From positions 1 through 64,000 of the IMG/VR virus record IMGVR_UViG_3300020576_001287: 64,000 nucleotides of DNA. One strand, written 5' to 3'. Numbering within the stretch: position 1 is the stretch's first letter; each line of letters opens with the position of its first letter. Position numbers and translations under genes: made by a program. A model generated the notes under the pieces. It was not told the origin of the DNA. It was given only the letters and a program-made list of their open reading frames with translations, and searched no databases. Below are positions 29,533 through 40,421 of this stretch, piece after piece. The DNA is from a virus. Its lineage: Duplodnaviria > Caudoviricetes.

Positions 29533-31215
29533 ATGGCAGGATTTATAAAGAATTTTTGGGCAAGATATTGGGACAGGTCTTACCAGCAGATAAAAGATTC
29601 AGTGCTTACCCGACTTGGGAGTAAAGTACCTGAGATCACAGACCACACGGAGAATAACCCATATGTGGCTGAGATAGACATATTTGCAGGTACGCACGAG
29701 CAGCTTGGGTACTACGTAGACAATGCTGGCAGGGAGAGCCATTTAGATTCTTGTAGGTTATACCGTAGCGGTGTGAGTGTTGCAAGACTCATGGATTACA
29801 AAATACAAGGAAACATACCATACAGTGCTGACGTAGTATTTAGACTAAACAAAACAAATACCACAGGTTCCGACATTACCATACCGGCTATGCAGAGAGT
29901 TGCTACAGCCTCTGGTATAGAGTATGTAACCAAGATAGCCATTATACCAGATGGGGCCATTGAATCCCCTCTAACGGGAGCTACCCAATACGTCAGAGTT
30001 ACGGGGGTTAATATTGGGGTTTCTACAGGTACTGCTAACATGTTGGTTGTGTTCACCGAAAAGATAGTGCATGACAGCATAATACTATACGTAAATTCGT
30101 TGGCTTGGGGTAGCAGGGATACACTGGCGTATGAGTTGCCTACAGCAGAAGTATTTGTACAGACTGTAGACAAAGACGGCAATGTTAACATATACACCGG
30201 TAACGGTACTTTGTATGGTAAGATACCACCCTCTGGGGAGGTTATGACGGCTGATTACAGGATTACGTTAGGCGCAGCCGGATTCGCAGATGCGGGGGAG
30301 ATAAATACCATGCTAACTACCCCGTCTTTGCCACCTACATACACAGTATCTGTAGTTAACCCGTACAAGTCTACTGGTGTTTCTGACGTAGAATCACTAG
30401 CATCTATGAAAGAGCATATACCAATGTCTGTGCGTACATTGAACAGGGCCGTAACAGAGGATGATTATAAGGCAGTAGCTTCTATGTGTCCTGGTGTAGC
30501 TTTGGCAGGTGTTAAGTTTGCCTGTGGTAAAAAGGTATCTATATACATTGTGCCTGATGGTGGGGGTATTGCTTCATCGGTATTGGTGGATTCATGCCAA
30601 GAGTATGTAGATGCTCGTAAGATGATAACTACTATAGTAAAAGTGACTCCGGCAGGTGAGGTTAAATTTAAGTGGACGGTACATGTTAAAGCAGCTAATA
30701 ACTATAGTAACTCTGTAGTACAGACAAACGTAGAGAACGCTCTGTTAGCTTTTATGAGTATGGCTAACCAAACTATTAACGGGTCTGTATATCTTAGTGA
30801 TGGGTTTCAGGCTATAGAGGGGGCTGCTGGGGTGGTTAATAGCACTATACCAATATTCACAGCCCAGCCTTACGCTAGGCCGTCAGATACTACTACACAT
30901 ACTTTGATATGGGACAGGGTAGTTAATAATACCTCTACCAGTACTATACATTGGCATATAGTGTTTACGGATTCTACACATTTTCAACTGATTCGTAACG
31001 GGGTATTGCTGAGTAGCGGTAATACTGTAGGGAGTCCCTACACTGTTATGGAGATAGCTTTTACGGTTAATGCAGGTACCTACAGCACTTCTGATGATTT
31101 TGAATTTGTAACATACCCGTATAATCCGGTAGCACAGTTTATCCAATTGGATGAACCGAGCTTACCGGCTTCCTCATTGTCTGATCTCACCATAATAGTT
31201 ACAGGAGGTATATAA
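29533..31215 (+). CDS. Baseplate J-like wedge protein
   Basis: ESLASMKEHIP..VRTLNRAVTEDDY; follows the gp25-like gene. Confidence 0.85.
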   Translation: MAGFIKNFWARYWDRSYQQIKDSVLTRLGSKVPEITDHTENNPYVAEIDIFAGTHEQLGYYVDNAGRESHLDSCRLYRSGVSVARLMDYKIQGNIPYSADVVFRLNKTNTTGSDITIPAMQRVATASGIEYVTKIAIIPDGAIESPLTGATQYVRVTGVNIGVSTGTANMLVVFTEKIVHDSIILYVNSLAWGSRDTLAYELPTAEVFVQTVDKDGNVNIYTGNGTLYGKIPPSGEVMTADYRITLGAAGFADAGEINTMLTTPSLPPTYTVSVVNPYKSTGVSDVESLASMKEHIPMSVRTLNRAVTEDDYKAVASMCPGVALAGVKFACGKKVSIYIVPDGGGIASSVLVDSCQEYVDARKMITTIVKVTPAGEVKFKWTVHVKAANNYSNSVVQTNVENALLAFMSMANQTINGSVYLSDGFQAIEGAAGVVNSTIPIFTAQPYARPSDTTTHTLIWDRVVNNTSTSTIHWHIVFTDSTHFQLIRNGVLLSSGNTVGSPYTVMEIAFTVNAGTYSTSDDFEFVTYPYNPVAQFIQLDEPSLPASSLSDLTIIVTGGI

Positions 31216-31826
31216 TGTTTAGATTTACTGGGTATATATTTAATGAATTTTTTACGGCCTACGATAAGGTTAGTGATCCTAATAAAGATGCTGACGGTAA
31301 GGGGACTGCGGAAAGATTTAATGAATGTATTGAGGAGGAGTTGGATGAGTACATGTTACCTTACATTGAGGACATGCAGAAAAACTTATTGGAGCCAAAC
31401 GATTGCTTTGATAGGTTTATACCACACTTGCAGAGCTTACTAGGTTTTGATTTATCCTGGGTGTGGTTCTTTGAATCCTCTCTAAGTGTGCAACGTAACT
31501 TGGTATCTATAATAATTAAAATGTACCAGATACGAGGCACTATACCAGCGCATGAAATAATGTTTGGTTGGCTGGGCTTGGAGATGGTAATGACAGAAGA
31601 GGTGCCTACAGATGGTACATGGGATGACGGGGGCACATGGGATGACGGGGGTACATGGGATGATTATTGCCAGCCATGTTCTGGGTATGAGATAGAGTTG
31701 ACCGGCCCAGAACTAACGTTAACAGAATTGGAAATTAAAGGAGTAGCTACCATTATAGCTTTTAATAAGCCCATAAACGCTACACTTACATCTATAACAT
31801 ACAACGGGGATGCGTTGGAAATTTAA
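31215..31826 (+). CDS. Baseplate/tail protein (P2 gpI-like)
   Basis: FIPHLQSLLGF, MYQIRGT; follows baseplate J. Confidence 0.7.
   Translation: MFRFTGYIFNEFFTAYDKVSDPNKDADGKGTAERFNECIEEELDEYMLPYIEDMQKNLLEPNDCFDRFIPHLQSLLGFDLSWVWFFESSLSVQRNLVSIIIKMYQIRGTIPAHEIMFGWLGLEMVMTEEVPTDGTWDDGGTWDDGGTWDDYCQPCSGYEIELTGPELTLTELEIKGVATIIAFNKPINATLTSITYNGDALEI
31617..31663 (+). repeat. 18-bp tandem coding repeat encoding (TWDDGG)n
   Basis: ACATGGGATGACGGGGG at 31617 and 31635; partial third copy at 31653. Confidence 0.85.
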
Positions 31827-31831
31827 CAACT

Positions 31832-32368
31832 ATGAGCGTAATAAAGATGTACATGGTATACACATTTGCTATTTTGGAAAAAGGCACTTTACCTATGAAA
31901 GTAGGATCGTGCTTTTTGTTTGCTTTATCCATATCTCCGTTAGCCTGGTTAATAAAGTTAGTGCGGGAGCATGTTATACGGGACACAGGGTTTATAGAGG
32001 TGCTTTTAATATGCCTGCTGATGGATATGATTATAGGTATATGGAAGCACTTAAAACAACGCACGTTTGATTGGAAGCGGCTATATACAGGGTTAATAGA
32101 AAAGGTTGGGATTACTTTTATAGGCATGGTAGTTTTCAACTTAATATCAGACATAAAGGAGTGGTCTCACCTCGTTACAGTAAAGGAGTACATAATACTG
32201 GTCGGCAAACTGACAAACTTATTCTATGTTGCAGGGTCTGCTTTCAACAGCATGTATATAATTACAGGTGGTAAGTTTCCACCGCTAGGCTGGATGAAGC
32301 GTATGCACTCCTTTGACGATAGCCTAAACCCAGAAGACTTAACAAAAGAAAATAATAACCAACACTAA
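31832..32368 (+). CDS. Holin (phage_holin_4_1-like)
   Basis: Several TM segments; LLMDMIIGIWK.LK...GLIEKV pattern. Confidence 0.65.
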   Translation: MSVIKMYMVYTFAILEKGTLPMKVGSCFLFALSISPLAWLIKLVREHVIRDTGFIEVLLICLLMDMIIGIWKHLKQRTFDWKRLYTGLIEKVGITFIGMVVFNLISDIKEWSHLVTVKEYIILVGKLTNLFYVAGSAFNSMYIITGGKFPPLGWMKRMHSFDDSLNPEDLTKENNNQH

Positions 32369-32381
32369 AGTAACTTTAATT

Positions 32382-34040
32382 ATGGCACAGCTCAGGTACA
32401 CAAACTACAAAGACGATAAATCAAGTTTTAATAACAACATAAAGGATATAGGTATAGTACCTCACGGACTTTACAGGGGGTTTGACTATGATGCTACTTC
32501 CTCCGGCACTACGCTAGTATTATCCCATACAGTTAATGGGTATTCCATTACTGAGATAGATGGTAGTGTAACATCTGATCTTGGGGTAGTGAGAACTAGG
32601 CAGGGGGTTATGGTCGTAGAGGATGCTGCGGTGTCTATAACGGGGCTTACGGATAATAGCCTAGAGAGTGATCCAAGAATAGACTTAATTGTATTGGAGC
32701 ATACGTATGTAGAGACTATAGGCGGTACTGCGGCAGGGTATACGCAGATAATAGGTACACCAGGTAGTAGCCCCGTAGCCCCAGCTCTGACTGATGATAC
32801 AATACAGGTTATACTAGGTGAACTATATTGGCCTGCCGGTGCAGCATCTACAGATGATGTTGGGGTAGTATATACTAAAGCCCCCGCACCGTTTTTTGTA
32901 GACTCTGATATATTTGTAACTAAAGCTGGGGTACAGGAGATAACAGGCCGTAAGAGAATACTACATCAAATAGGGGATATAGCTACTGCTACTTTAGACT
33001 TGGTAAGCGGTAGCATATACAACATTAAGGCTACTACCGATAGTAACATGTATAGTATTGCCAACGTAGGGCCGAACTATATTAATGTTATTGGGGTAGA
33101 TGTTCCGTTTAGTGGTGATACCAATTACTTTAAAGTATACACACTACAAAAGCTACGTATTGTAGGTGGAGGGTCTGGGGCCATAGTTGTACCCAATAGT
33201 GTAATGCACATAGAGGCCGGAGAAACTTTTGAGCTGTGGGACGTAAGTGGGCAGTTTGGATACAGCTCCAATACTTACCTTGTTACCAAGGGTAATGCGG
33301 TTCTTAAAAATAGCCCTAATAAGCTGTTTGCAGCTATGATTGGTAACAAGGGTACGGGCACCTACGGGACTAACCTGGTTACCATACCCACAACAGGGGA
33401 CTACATAGAGGTGGCTACCAATTTCACCACCATAGATACGGATGGGGGTATACTATACTTTAGCTCTACGGATTCTCTATGGGATGGGGTTAATACCGTA
33501 ACCAAAGCGGGTAGGCAGCTTGTAGTTAAGATAACGGATAGCTCAGGCTTTGTTAACGGGCTACAGCTACGCAATACCGGAACAAGCACCAGTACATACA
33601 AGAAGATAGAATTTGCAGATGGTGGGGGCATAAGAAGGGTAGGTAACGGAGCATCTGCGGTATACCTTAAACTGTTGGAGGAGACGGATAAATTTATTGT
33701 ATTGGAGTACTGGGTTAATGAGCAGTGGATAGCTTCAGGTATGACCCCAGACGGTGTTTCCCCTGTACAGTATAGCAGGCAGGGCAACACAGTATTTATA
33801 CGGGGGGTTAGCTATGATGCAGCTCCTATTAGTGTAACTACCTCCGTGTTACTGTTCACGCTGCCTTTAGGCTATAACCCATCGGTACCATTTAAGTACA
33901 TTACCGCTGCTACGTATTCCGGCAGTCTTACACAGGCTATCATAGAAATAGATGGTTCCGGTAATGTAAGATTACGAGGAGATTTAGCGGTAGCTTCCAA
34001 CAGTGGTGTATGGTTAACTATTAGCTTTAGTACGCACTAA
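32382..34040 (+). CDS. Tail fibre / receptor-binding protein
   Basis: Last gene of tail block; RIDLIVLEH anchor motif; C-terminal YSRQGNTVFIRG...LFTLPLGYNP...IEIDGSGNV domain. Confidence 0.7.
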   Translation: MAQLRYTNYKDDKSSFNNNIKDIGIVPHGLYRGFDYDATSSGTTLVLSHTVNGYSITEIDGSVTSDLGVVRTRQGVMVVEDAAVSITGLTDNSLESDPRIDLIVLEHTYVETIGGTAAGYTQIIGTPGSSPVAPALTDDTIQVILGELYWPAGAASTDDVGVVYTKAPAPFFVDSDIFVTKAGVQEITGRKRILHQIGDIATATLDLVSGSIYNIKATTDSNMYSIANVGPNYINVIGVDVPFSGDTNYFKVYTLQKLRIVGGGSGAIVVPNSVMHIEAGETFELWDVSGQFGYSSNTYLVTKGNAVLKNSPNKLFAAMIGNKGTGTYGTNLVTIPTTGDYIEVATNFTTIDTDGGILYFSSTDSLWDGVNTVTKAGRQLVVKITDSSGFVNGLQLRNTGTSTSTYKKIEFADGGGIRRVGNGASAVYLKLLEETDKFIVLEYWVNEQWIASGMTPDGVSPVQYSRQGNTVFIRGVSYDAAPISVTTSVLLFTLPLGYNPSVPFKYITAATYSGSLTQAIIEIDGSGNVRLRGDLAVASNSGVWLTISFSTH

Positions 34041-34041
34041 T

Positions 34042-34081
34042 AAATTCTGTCCTACTGTAAAATTTTTTTAGCTTATCTTTG
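34042..34081 (+). promoter_or_regulatory. Promoter of the replication module (AAATTCTG-N8-TAAAATTTT ... TATCTTTG)
   Basis: Shares the inverted-repeat motif and a -7 box at 34074-34081. Confidence 0.55.
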
Positions 34082-34099
34082 TTGTATAAACTAATTTGT

Positions 34100-34690
34100 A
34101 TGACAGCGGTAATAATAGATAAGGCTATTAAGGATATACATAAATTGCCAGATAGTGTAGTTCTGGTTGGGTACGTAGCAGGCAGGGCAGTAGCCATCGA
34201 TCCTGTTGATGGGGAGGATACAGAGCTTATACACTCTACTGAGGAGTTTGGATACATATGGGGGCATGGTATGTACTCAGGGGGTTGCAGGATGCTGGCT
34301 AGGGACATATTAATACATTTATGGTTAACGTATGAGGTAGCTGATTTTCTTTCAGCTACCTTATCTTTTTACGTACTTCAGTACTTTGCTGATAACTTCA
34401 AGGCCACAGTTAAGATAAAAGAATTATTTGTGGATGCGTTTGCGGAAAACATGAAACCTCTTACGCACTACTACACAGTACATGAAGAGTCTAATTTAGT
34501 GTATACAGAAATATCTGCCCCTACCGGTAGCGTACCAGCAGCTACCAGCAGGATACATGAGGTATCCAGTGCTACTAAGGTAGTAACTACAGCGCATGGG
34601 TGGAGGCGGGTGCCGGATGGTAGCGAGACTCTTAGCGATGCGGAAATACAACGCATGGCAGCGGTTGAAAAATTGCTTAACGAATTATAG
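34100..34690 (+). CDS. Hypothetical protein (weak DUF6166-like motif)
   Basis: HSTEEFGYIWG.G.YSGG..MLARDIL; start set to ATG 34100, downstream of the promoter. Confidence 0.55.
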   Translation: MTAVIIDKAIKDIHKLPDSVVLVGYVAGRAVAIDPVDGEDTELIHSTEEFGYIWGHGMYSGGCRMLARDILIHLWLTYEVADFLSATLSFYVLQYFADNFKATVKIKELFVDAFAENMKPLTHYYTVHEESNLVYTEISAPTGSVPAATSRIHEVSSATKVVTTAHGWRRVPDGSETLSDAEIQRMAAVEKLLNEL

Positions 34691-34789
34691 GTACAGGTAA
34701 AACAACATACAGCAATGGGCATACGTAATCTATAAATATAGGTGTTTAAAAACGACTGCTATTAAAGTTACTTTTAACATCTGTATTAC

Positions 34790-36181
34790 ATGACAATTGA
34801 ATTTCAAGAGAGTCTATTAAAGTACTTATTCCAAAACAAAGAAGCCAAGCAGTATAAAGATTACCTGGAACCAGGCTTATTCGATATACCCACTTGTCAA
34901 ACTGTTTATGACCTATGGTTTAAGTACGTGACACGGTTTAAGCAGGTACCAACTAAGACGTACTTTTTGGAGTATGTGGATAGGGCTATAAAAAAATCTA
35001 AGGGGGCTGTTAGCCCTGAGCAGCATGACGAGATACTAACTGTAGTATCTGTTGTGTATATGCCGGATGCTCATGATATACTGTTTGTCAGGGAAGTAAT
35101 CATAGAATTTGCAAAAAGGAAAAGGCTTAGAAACTGGACTTTACGCAACGCTGAGAAGATAAAAACAGCAGACTCTGAGGCTATAGATGCCATGCTATCC
35201 GATGCTAACCAAATAGTACGCCTGGGTGAAGACACTAGCCAGACCACTAAGAACAGAGGTGGTTTCCTGTTTAGGGATGGGGCTAGACTAACCCATGAGC
35301 ATAAGCAAAAAGGGGCACCAACTTTTTTACATAGTCTTAATAGATTAACCTCCGCAAGGGGGTTTTATTCCCCTCAGCTAATAGGGGTTATGGGTGGCCC
35401 TAAAGCTTTCAAGACCGGTACAATATTAGCGATACTCATAGAGTACGCGAGGTGCGGTAAAAAGGTATTTATTGCAGATGCTGAGAATGGTGTAGATAGT
35501 ATGCAGAGCCGCATTAAGCAGGGGCTGTTAGGTTGCGAATACCAAGACATTCAGAAGTACCGTAGGGAGCTAAAAGAGATACTACGTATACTCCGGTTAT
35601 ACGGGGGTGATGTGGTTGTAGAGTTCTTTCCGGCTCGTATATCTACTTTGGACAATGTGGATGCTGCACTAGATAGACTGTGGGAAGAAGAGAAGTGGAA
35701 GCCGGATATTATATTTTACGACTACCTGCAATTGTTTGCCTCGTCTAACAAGAAGATAGTAGAAAACACACAGCGTATTCAGGACGTATACCATCATGCT
35801 ATACGGCTAAATAACAAGTGGGGGGCTTTTGCGTTTACCGCCATACCTGTAACCCGTAGTGCTGTCAGCAAGCTACACGTAACCGCAGACGATCTGGCTT
35901 CTGATTTTGGGCAGGCTTATAACTGTCATGCAGGGTTTGCCCTATGCAGAACACCGGAGGAAGTAACAGCGGGCAATGGTAGGCTAATACCAGTGTTTCA
36001 GCGTGAGGGTACAGCCTATAAATTTAATGCTGCTACTACATGTGCCTTACGCATAAAGGAGGCAGAGCAAACCATAGAGGAGCTGGATGCAGAGGCGTAT
36101 ATGGAAGTGATGGAAGAGACCCATAAACCAAAGAAATTGAGAAAGCCATACGTGCCAAATCTTAATTTAAAAGACGAATAA
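34790..36181 (+). CDS. dnaB: DnaB-like replicative helicase
   Basis: Walker A GGPKAFKT, Walker B IIFYDYLQL, LASDFGQ. Confidence 0.85.
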   Translation: MTIEFQESLLKYLFQNKEAKQYKDYLEPGLFDIPTCQTVYDLWFKYVTRFKQVPTKTYFLEYVDRAIKKSKGAVSPEQHDEILTVVSVVYMPDAHDILFVREVIIEFAKRKRLRNWTLRNAEKIKTADSEAIDAMLSDANQIVRLGEDTSQTTKNRGGFLFRDGARLTHEHKQKGAPTFLHSLNRLTSARGFYSPQLIGVMGGPKAFKTGTILAILIEYARCGKKVFIADAENGVDSMQSRIKQGLLGCEYQDIQKYRRELKEILRILRLYGGDVVVEFFPARISTLDNVDAALDRLWEEEKWKPDIIFYDYLQLFASSNKKIVENTQRIQDVYHHAIRLNNKWGAFAFTAIPVTRSAVSKLHVTADDLASDFGQAYNCHAGFALCRTPEEVTAGNGRLIPVFQREGTAYKFNAATTCALRIKEAEQTIEELDAEAYMEVMEETHKPKKLRKPYVPNLNLKDE

Positions 36182-36218
36182 AATTCTGTTGTTTTGTAAA
36201 ATTTTTTCTTTAGCTTTG
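36180..36218 (+). promoter_or_regulatory. Promoter GTTG-N19-TAGCTTTG with overlapping inverted repeat
   Basis: 27/28 identical to 46290-46317. Confidence 0.7.
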
Positions 36219-36236
36219 TATCGTAAATATAACAGC

Positions 36237-36818
36237 ATGGCAGGTAAAAATAACCCGTTTGATAAAAGTTTTGCGGTGTATAAACCGATAGCTCAGGTGG
36301 AAGTAAAGAAGCTTACCCCAGAGGAGAGAAAAGCGCAAAAGGCACTGGTAATAAACCTCAGAGATTTTATACTGGGAGAGTACCCAAAGCCGGAAAAAGT
36401 AGAGGGGGCTACACCCACTTCAAGTTACTTTAGGTGTACTATAAAGGACATGGGGTTACACCCTTTTGAAATTGATATTTACGATGCTCGTATCCTGCTT
36501 GTGGAAGTGCTTGACAAACAGGTAAAGGATGCAGATGGTAATATGGTTCCATTCAGGCGTTTTGTGAGCAGGCACTATAGTATAAACACCGCCCTGGATT
36601 CCATTGCTACCATTACAGCAAAAAGAAAGCTGAACAAAATGGATAGCTCAGTAATAACCATGAGGGATTACCATGATGCTTATTACGGTATACAGAAGTA
36701 CTTGGCTAAGGTTATTGCCCCTGAGTACGCTAAAGCCCTTGATAAGCTACAGGCAGCTCTGCCATTTACGCAAATATCTGTTAACGAGGATGACGAAGAA
36801 GATTGGTTTAAAAAGTAG
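36237..36818 (+). CDS. Hypothetical protein
   Basis: ORF in the replication operon; start set to ATG 36237 because 36189 lies in the promoter. Confidence 0.6.
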   Translation: MAGKNNPFDKSFAVYKPIAQVEVKKLTPEERKAQKALVINLRDFILGEYPKPEKVEGATPTSSYFRCTIKDMGLHPFEIDIYDARILLVEVLDKQVKDADGNMVPFRRFVSRHYSINTALDSIATITAKRKLNKMDSSVITMRDYHDAYYGIQKYLAKVIAPEYAKALDKLQAALPFTQISVNEDDEEDWFKK

Positions 36819-36824
36819 ACAGCT

Positions 36825-37829
36825 ATGATGTTATTTGATCCACATAGAGTTTACCAATACTTCAAAGACCGGTATGTACTTGGTAAGAAGTCTCCTAAAG
36901 GTTGGTTCCCTTTTACTTGCCCGTTTTGTGGGGGCGAGAAGAAAATGGCGGTTAACATAGAATGGGGCTATACTAAGTGTTGGTCTTGTGGAGCTGCTTC
37001 CAATGTTTGCACATTTGTAGAGGAGACAGAGGGGGTAACATACTACGAAGCAAAAAGGATATTGTGGAATGTTACACCATCTACATTAGACCTTGAATTA
37101 ATAGAGGGTATCGCAAGTTACACAGAGGAGGTTACAGACATTACTTTACCCAATGGTTGGCAGAGTATACTAGACGGGCAGGGTGTGATGGGGGATAGGG
37201 CAAGGAGGTACCTGGAGCGCAGGGGGTACGATTTAAAGCTACTTGATTTTAAAGGCTTCGGCTATTGTAATAAACATCACACAGAGTATGAAAAAGATTT
37301 CTTCGGTTACATCATCGTTCCGTTTAAAAAAGATGGTAAGCTACAATATTATCTCGGAAGGGATTTTATTGGAAATGGTCTTAGGTATAAAAATCCACCT
37401 TCTGCTTGGGTGGGAGTTGGTAAGGGGGAGGTGATATACAACGAGGAAGCTCTACATCTTTACAAGACAATATATACTGTAGAAGGGTGGTCGGATTCTG
37501 AGACTATTGGCAAGGCCGGTACTGCTACGTTGGGCTGGGCTTTTAGCAAGACCCAGCTAGACAAATACATGAAGTGCCATGCTAAAAACATATTCTTTAT
37601 ACCCGATGCTGGTAGGGATAAGTCTTCAGGTATCACATACTACCAAAAAGCTGTGCAAACAGCTACACAGTTTCTAGACTCTGATAAATCTGTATTTGTA
37701 GTTGACCTTAACCCGCTATCAGAGTTGGGCAAGGATATAAACGAAATAGGTTGGGGGGAGGTTAAAAAGATTTGTAAGGCTACCGAAAGATTGACTTGGG
37801 GTAGTGCAATGGCAGTTATAACAGGATAA
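36825..37829 (+). CDS. dnaG: DNA primase (Zn finger + TOPRIM)
   Basis: CPFC...CWSC; VEGWSD; IPDAG; DINE. Confidence 0.88.
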   Translation: MMLFDPHRVYQYFKDRYVLGKKSPKGWFPFTCPFCGGEKKMAVNIEWGYTKCWSCGAASNVCTFVEETEGVTYYEAKRILWNVTPSTLDLELIEGIASYTEEVTDITLPNGWQSILDGQGVMGDRARRYLERRGYDLKLLDFKGFGYCNKHHTEYEKDFFGYIIVPFKKDGKLQYYLGRDFIGNGLRYKNPPSAWVGVGKGEVIYNEEALHLYKTIYTVEGWSDSETIGKAGTATLGWAFSKTQLDKYMKCHAKNIFFIPDAGRDKSSGITYYQKAVQTATQFLDSDKSVFVVDLNPLSELGKDINEIGWGEVKKICKATERLTWGSAMAVITG

Positions 37830-37838
37830 AAATATAAG

Positions 37839-38060
37839 ATGCAAAAATTAAGCTACAATCAGAAAGCAAGGTGTCAGGGGTGTTCGGCTTTACAAGCTGC
37901 CCCAGGCACCTACAGTTGTGCCCTAGGGTTACCCATTAAGTTTGTATTGGTAGAGGGGACAGCCACACAACCGGCACCAGATAACGTAAAGTGCTACAAA
38001 CCTAAAAGTCCTACGCAATTAAATGCCGTTAGAGAAGCCCAAGCAAAGAATAATGCGTAA
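37839..38060 (+). CDS. Small Cys-rich hypothetical protein
   Basis: CQGC...C...C; tiles between neighbouring genes. Confidence 0.55.
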   Translation: MQKLSYNQKARCQGCSALQAAPGTYSCALGLPIKFVLVEGTATQPAPDNVKCYKPKSPTQLNAVREAQAKNNA

Positions 38061-38934
38061 CCCAACTATCCATATAACGCTTAGTACCCTAACTGATGTG
38101 TTGGGTAAGATGGGTTCCAAGAACCCAGACAAAGTGGCTTTACGCATATTTACCTTGGCACACCCTTTTAATATAAAGGATAGATACCTAGTATCGTCTA
38201 CTGCTGATGTACGTAAGAAAGTACTTCGATCAGTGGCTACTGCTAAACAAACAAGCATGACAGTACAGCGGTTCAACTTTATACTTACTACATGCAGGAT
38301 GGAAGTAGGACACCGGCACATAACTCCAATACGAGAGGGAGGCAGGGACATGAACATGCTAAAGGAGATATGTCAAATAGCTTGCGAGTTTTGTGCTAAC
38401 ACTAACATAGCCAACATAGAAGAGGGCTGTAAGACCTTTATACAATTGGGCCTACACAAGATGAAGCATAGTAACACGTATGGTCTCAATAAGTTCAAGT
38501 ATTATGAGAATGATATTTACAGAATGTATGAGTCGGCTGAAATGGTATCTAATGATCCTAAGCCCAGGCGTACCCGTAGGTTCTACACCATATACCAAAC
38601 GTTGCTTGCAGAGTACGCAGGCATAGACCGTGATTACTCTGATATAGAGTATTACGTTTGTTTTGTTTGCGCAAGGCTGGAAGCAGAGAGAGTCAAGGCA
38701 GACCCTGAAGATTGGCTACGTGCTCAATTTGAGGAGCTGGTAAAATGGGTAGATGCCATACCTACACCCAACCAGCTATTTAGTGACAACGCTTTGAAGA
38801 GATACAACAGTTATTGTAAGTCAATAAAGAAAGCAGTGGTACCGGCAGAGGACGTTATAGACTGGGATAAGAGTAAGAATAGTTTTGAGCAGTTATACGC
38901 AGAGAAGATAAGAGGTAAATACGCAGAAGCATAA
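38053..38934 (+). CDS. Hypothetical replication-module protein
   Basis: Long ORF whose stop overlaps the start of the SF2 helicase; likely start ATG 38053. Confidence 0.6.
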   Translation: MRNPTIHITLSTLTDVLGKMGSKNPDKVALRIFTLAHPFNIKDRYLVSSTADVRKKVLRSVATAKQTSMTVQRFNFILTTCRMEVGHRHITPIREGGRDMNMLKEICQIACEFCANTNIANIEEGCKTFIQLGLHKMKHSNTYGLNKFKYYENDIYRMYESAEMVSNDPKPRRTRRFYTIYQTLLAEYAGIDRDYSDIEYYVCFVCARLEAERVKADPEDWLRAQFEELVKWVDAIPTPNQLFSDNALKRYNSYCKSIKKAVVPAEDVIDWDKSKNSFEQLYAEKIRGKYAEA

Positions 38935-40421
38935 TGCAGCTAATAGTAGGTAACATAGTGACTCAGGCAGTGATAGGCGGTACAGACCACCTACGGGGAG
39001 ATGTGTACAAGATGCTGAGGGAGCTGCTTAGGGTACGGCCTAATAACTACGGGCAGATACTTATGACTATGAAGCGTAGGGGTAATGCGCATGGATGGGA
39101 TGGGTACACTTATTTCATAAATAAAAAGGGCATGTTCCCTACAGGTTTCCTACCTCAAATATTAAACTTCTGCTTACAAAATACCATTAAAGTAACTTTA
39201 GTGGATAATCGTAAGAACGTTCCGGTATTGAAAGACCGGATTAACATACGCACCCCTAAATTTAAACTGGCAGAGCATCAAATAAATATGCTGCTGTCTT
39301 TGGATAAAATTGTTGAGGTAGGTAATCACAGTATATATTTTCCTAGGGGGACATGGAAAGCAGCTACCAACTCCGGTAAGACTGCGGTATTTGGTAGCGT
39401 GGTTAAAAATGTAGTGTCTCCCTGTGCTTTGTTACTGGTAGCCGATCAAGGGTTAATGCGACAGCACTATGAATACTACTCTACGGTGTTTACTAAGCCT
39501 GGTGACGTAGCCTGTATAAAGAGTGACAGCTACAGCATAGGAAATATACTTACAATAGCTATGGTTAAGACCCTGCGCAACCGGTTAAAGAAAAGCCCTA
39601 CGGTACAGCGTGATCTTAACAACAAATTCAACATACTAGGGGTAGACGAGAGCCATGAGTTTAGTGCAAGGGATGGGCTGTATGTAATTAATCATATCAA
39701 TGCGGGTATGAGAATATTCATGTCAGGCTCTCCGTTTGATATGGCAGATAAGGTTTCTAAGCTACGCTTGGTTGGCATGTCTGGGGCCACTATATGCACT
39801 GTGTCTAAACGTTACCTTATGGATAATGGGTTTAGCATGATACCTAAAGTCAGGGTATACCTTAACCCTACCCGCAGCCTACACACGGCTTATCTACATG
39901 AGTTTGAAGACTGTGTAATAGCCTCGGAGCAGAGGGCAGAATTGATAGCCGATATTATCATGAAGCGTAGAAGTAAAAAGATAATGATAACCTTCAACTT
40001 TGAACGACATGGTAGGTTAATGTACGAGACATTTTGTAGCCGTTATCCATCTTTAGCCTACCTTGCTGATTGGGTACATGGTGATGACCCAGACCGTAAC
40101 CAAAAGGTACAGGATTTCATGGATGACGAAATAAGGATACTATTCAGCTCTACTATACTTCAGCAAGGTTACAACTTTCCAGATGTACAGGTAGTTATAA
40201 ATGCAATGGGGGGTAAGGCCATGATTCCACTTAACCAGTGGATGGGTAGAGGGGAGAGACTAGACGGAGTTAACAAGTACTTTGAGTGGATAGAAATATT
40301 TGACCAGGGTAAGTATATGACCAAGCATAGTAAGCAGCGCATACGGTTTTTGGTTAAGGAAGATTTGCCGGAACCTATAAGATTTATGTACAACAATAAA
40401 CGGGGTGTGCCCATAAAATAA
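38934..40421 (+). CDS. Superfamily 2 helicase (UvsW/RAD25-like)
   Basis: AATNSGKT, GVDESH, SGS, STILQQGYNFP, QWMGRGER. Confidence 0.88.
   Translation: MQLIVGNIVTQAVIGGTDHLRGDVYKMLRELLRVRPNNYGQILMTMKRRGNAHGWDGYTYFINKKGMFPTGFLPQILNFCLQNTIKVTLVDNRKNVPVLKDRINIRTPKFKLAEHQINMLLSLDKIVEVGNHSIYFPRGTWKAATNSGKTAVFGSVVKNVVSPCALLLVADQGLMRQHYEYYSTVFTKPGDVACIKSDSYSIGNILTIAMVKTLRNRLKKSPTVQRDLNNKFNILGVDESHEFSARDGLYVINHINAGMRIFMSGSPFDMADKVSKLRLVGMSGATICTVSKRYLMDNGFSMIPKVRVYLNPTRSLHTAYLHEFEDCVIASEQRAELIADIIMKRRSKKIMITFNFERHGRLMYETFCSRYPSLAYLADWVHGDDPDRNQKVQDFMDDEIRILFSSTILQQGYNFPDVQVVINAMGGKAMIPLNQWMGRGERLDGVNKYFEWIEIFDQGKYMTKHSKQRIRFLVKEDLPEPIRFMYNNKRGVPIK

Noticed and set aside
31617-31663. Short periodic repeats as a possible CRISPR mini-array
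   Set aside because: In-frame 18-bp tandem coding repeat with no spacers; no cas genes in the window.
32382-34040. Diversity-generating retroelement target in the tail fibre
   Set aside because: No reverse transcriptase and no template/variable repeat pair noticed in the window.
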